The notes beneath the pieces are model-generated. The model ran no database searches and had not been told where the DNA came from. It saw only the letters and a program-made list of their open reading frames with translations. From a virus (Duplodnaviria; Caudoviricetes): a DNA stretch of 57,815 nt. The position numbers and the translations under genes are program-made. Positions 57,602 to 57,815 of the stretch are shown piece by piece; positions within the stretch are counted from its first letter, which is position 1, and each line of letters starts with the position of its first letter. Location: positions 1 to 57,815 of IMG/VR virus record IMGVR_UViG_3300022602_002355; one strand, given 5' to 3'.

Positions 57602-57815
57602 TGTCAAAAATTAAAGTGGCGGAGCTTTTTTACTCTATACAGGGAGAGGGTAGATATATGGGAGTGCCCAGTGTGTTCCTTAGAACATTTGGTTGCAATT
57701 TTACTTGTAAGGGCTTTGGTATGCCAAAAGGCGAACTAAGCGATGAGGCAGACACTATTGCACAAGTAGCATTCCATTACGACAAGTACGAACAATTACC
57801 ATTGGTTAGTACAGG
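57601..57815 (+). CDS. queE: QueE-like radical SAM enzyme (3' truncated by window)
   Basis: My translation: MSKIKVAELFYSIQGEGRYMGVPSVFLRTFGCNFTCKGF... Confidence 0.88.
   Translation, partial: MSKIKVAELFYSIQGEGRYMGVPSVFLRTFGCNFTCKGFGMPKGELSDEADTIAQVAFHYDKYEQLPLVST

Overview
A gene-dense, AT-rich segment of a large (jumbo-type) tailed dsDNA phage with T4-like transcription logic: TAAATA late promoters plus host sigma70-type promoters. The probable host is a diderm bacterium, since spanin-like lipoproteins are present. In order: uvsE 3' end and Fe/Mn SOD; a tail/baseplate module (2968-aa protein, Ig-like protein, two Gly-Ala-Thr collagen fibres, subtilisin); mini-DnaE fragment, GroES, MazG-like enzyme, cytidylyltransferase, clamp loader and PhoH; a lysis cassette; DnaJ-Def-ClpA; a late cluster of putative head-packaged proteins holding two Pol-beta nucleotidyltransferases and a ligase-fold/HxGH-transferase fusion; PolB and sliding clamp; and a 7-deazaguanine cluster (TGT/DpdA-like, QueD-like, FolE, QueE) with an embedded glycosyltransferase, NDP-sugar dehydrogenase and PRTase. 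The best candidates for undescribed biology are the late nucleotidyltransferase cluster, possible sugar-hypermodified deazaguanine DNA, apparent GCWGC avoidance, promoters nested inside terminator hairpins, tandem pseudoknots before PolB and a structured RNA before SOD. All calls come from reading motifs by eye; no searches were run.
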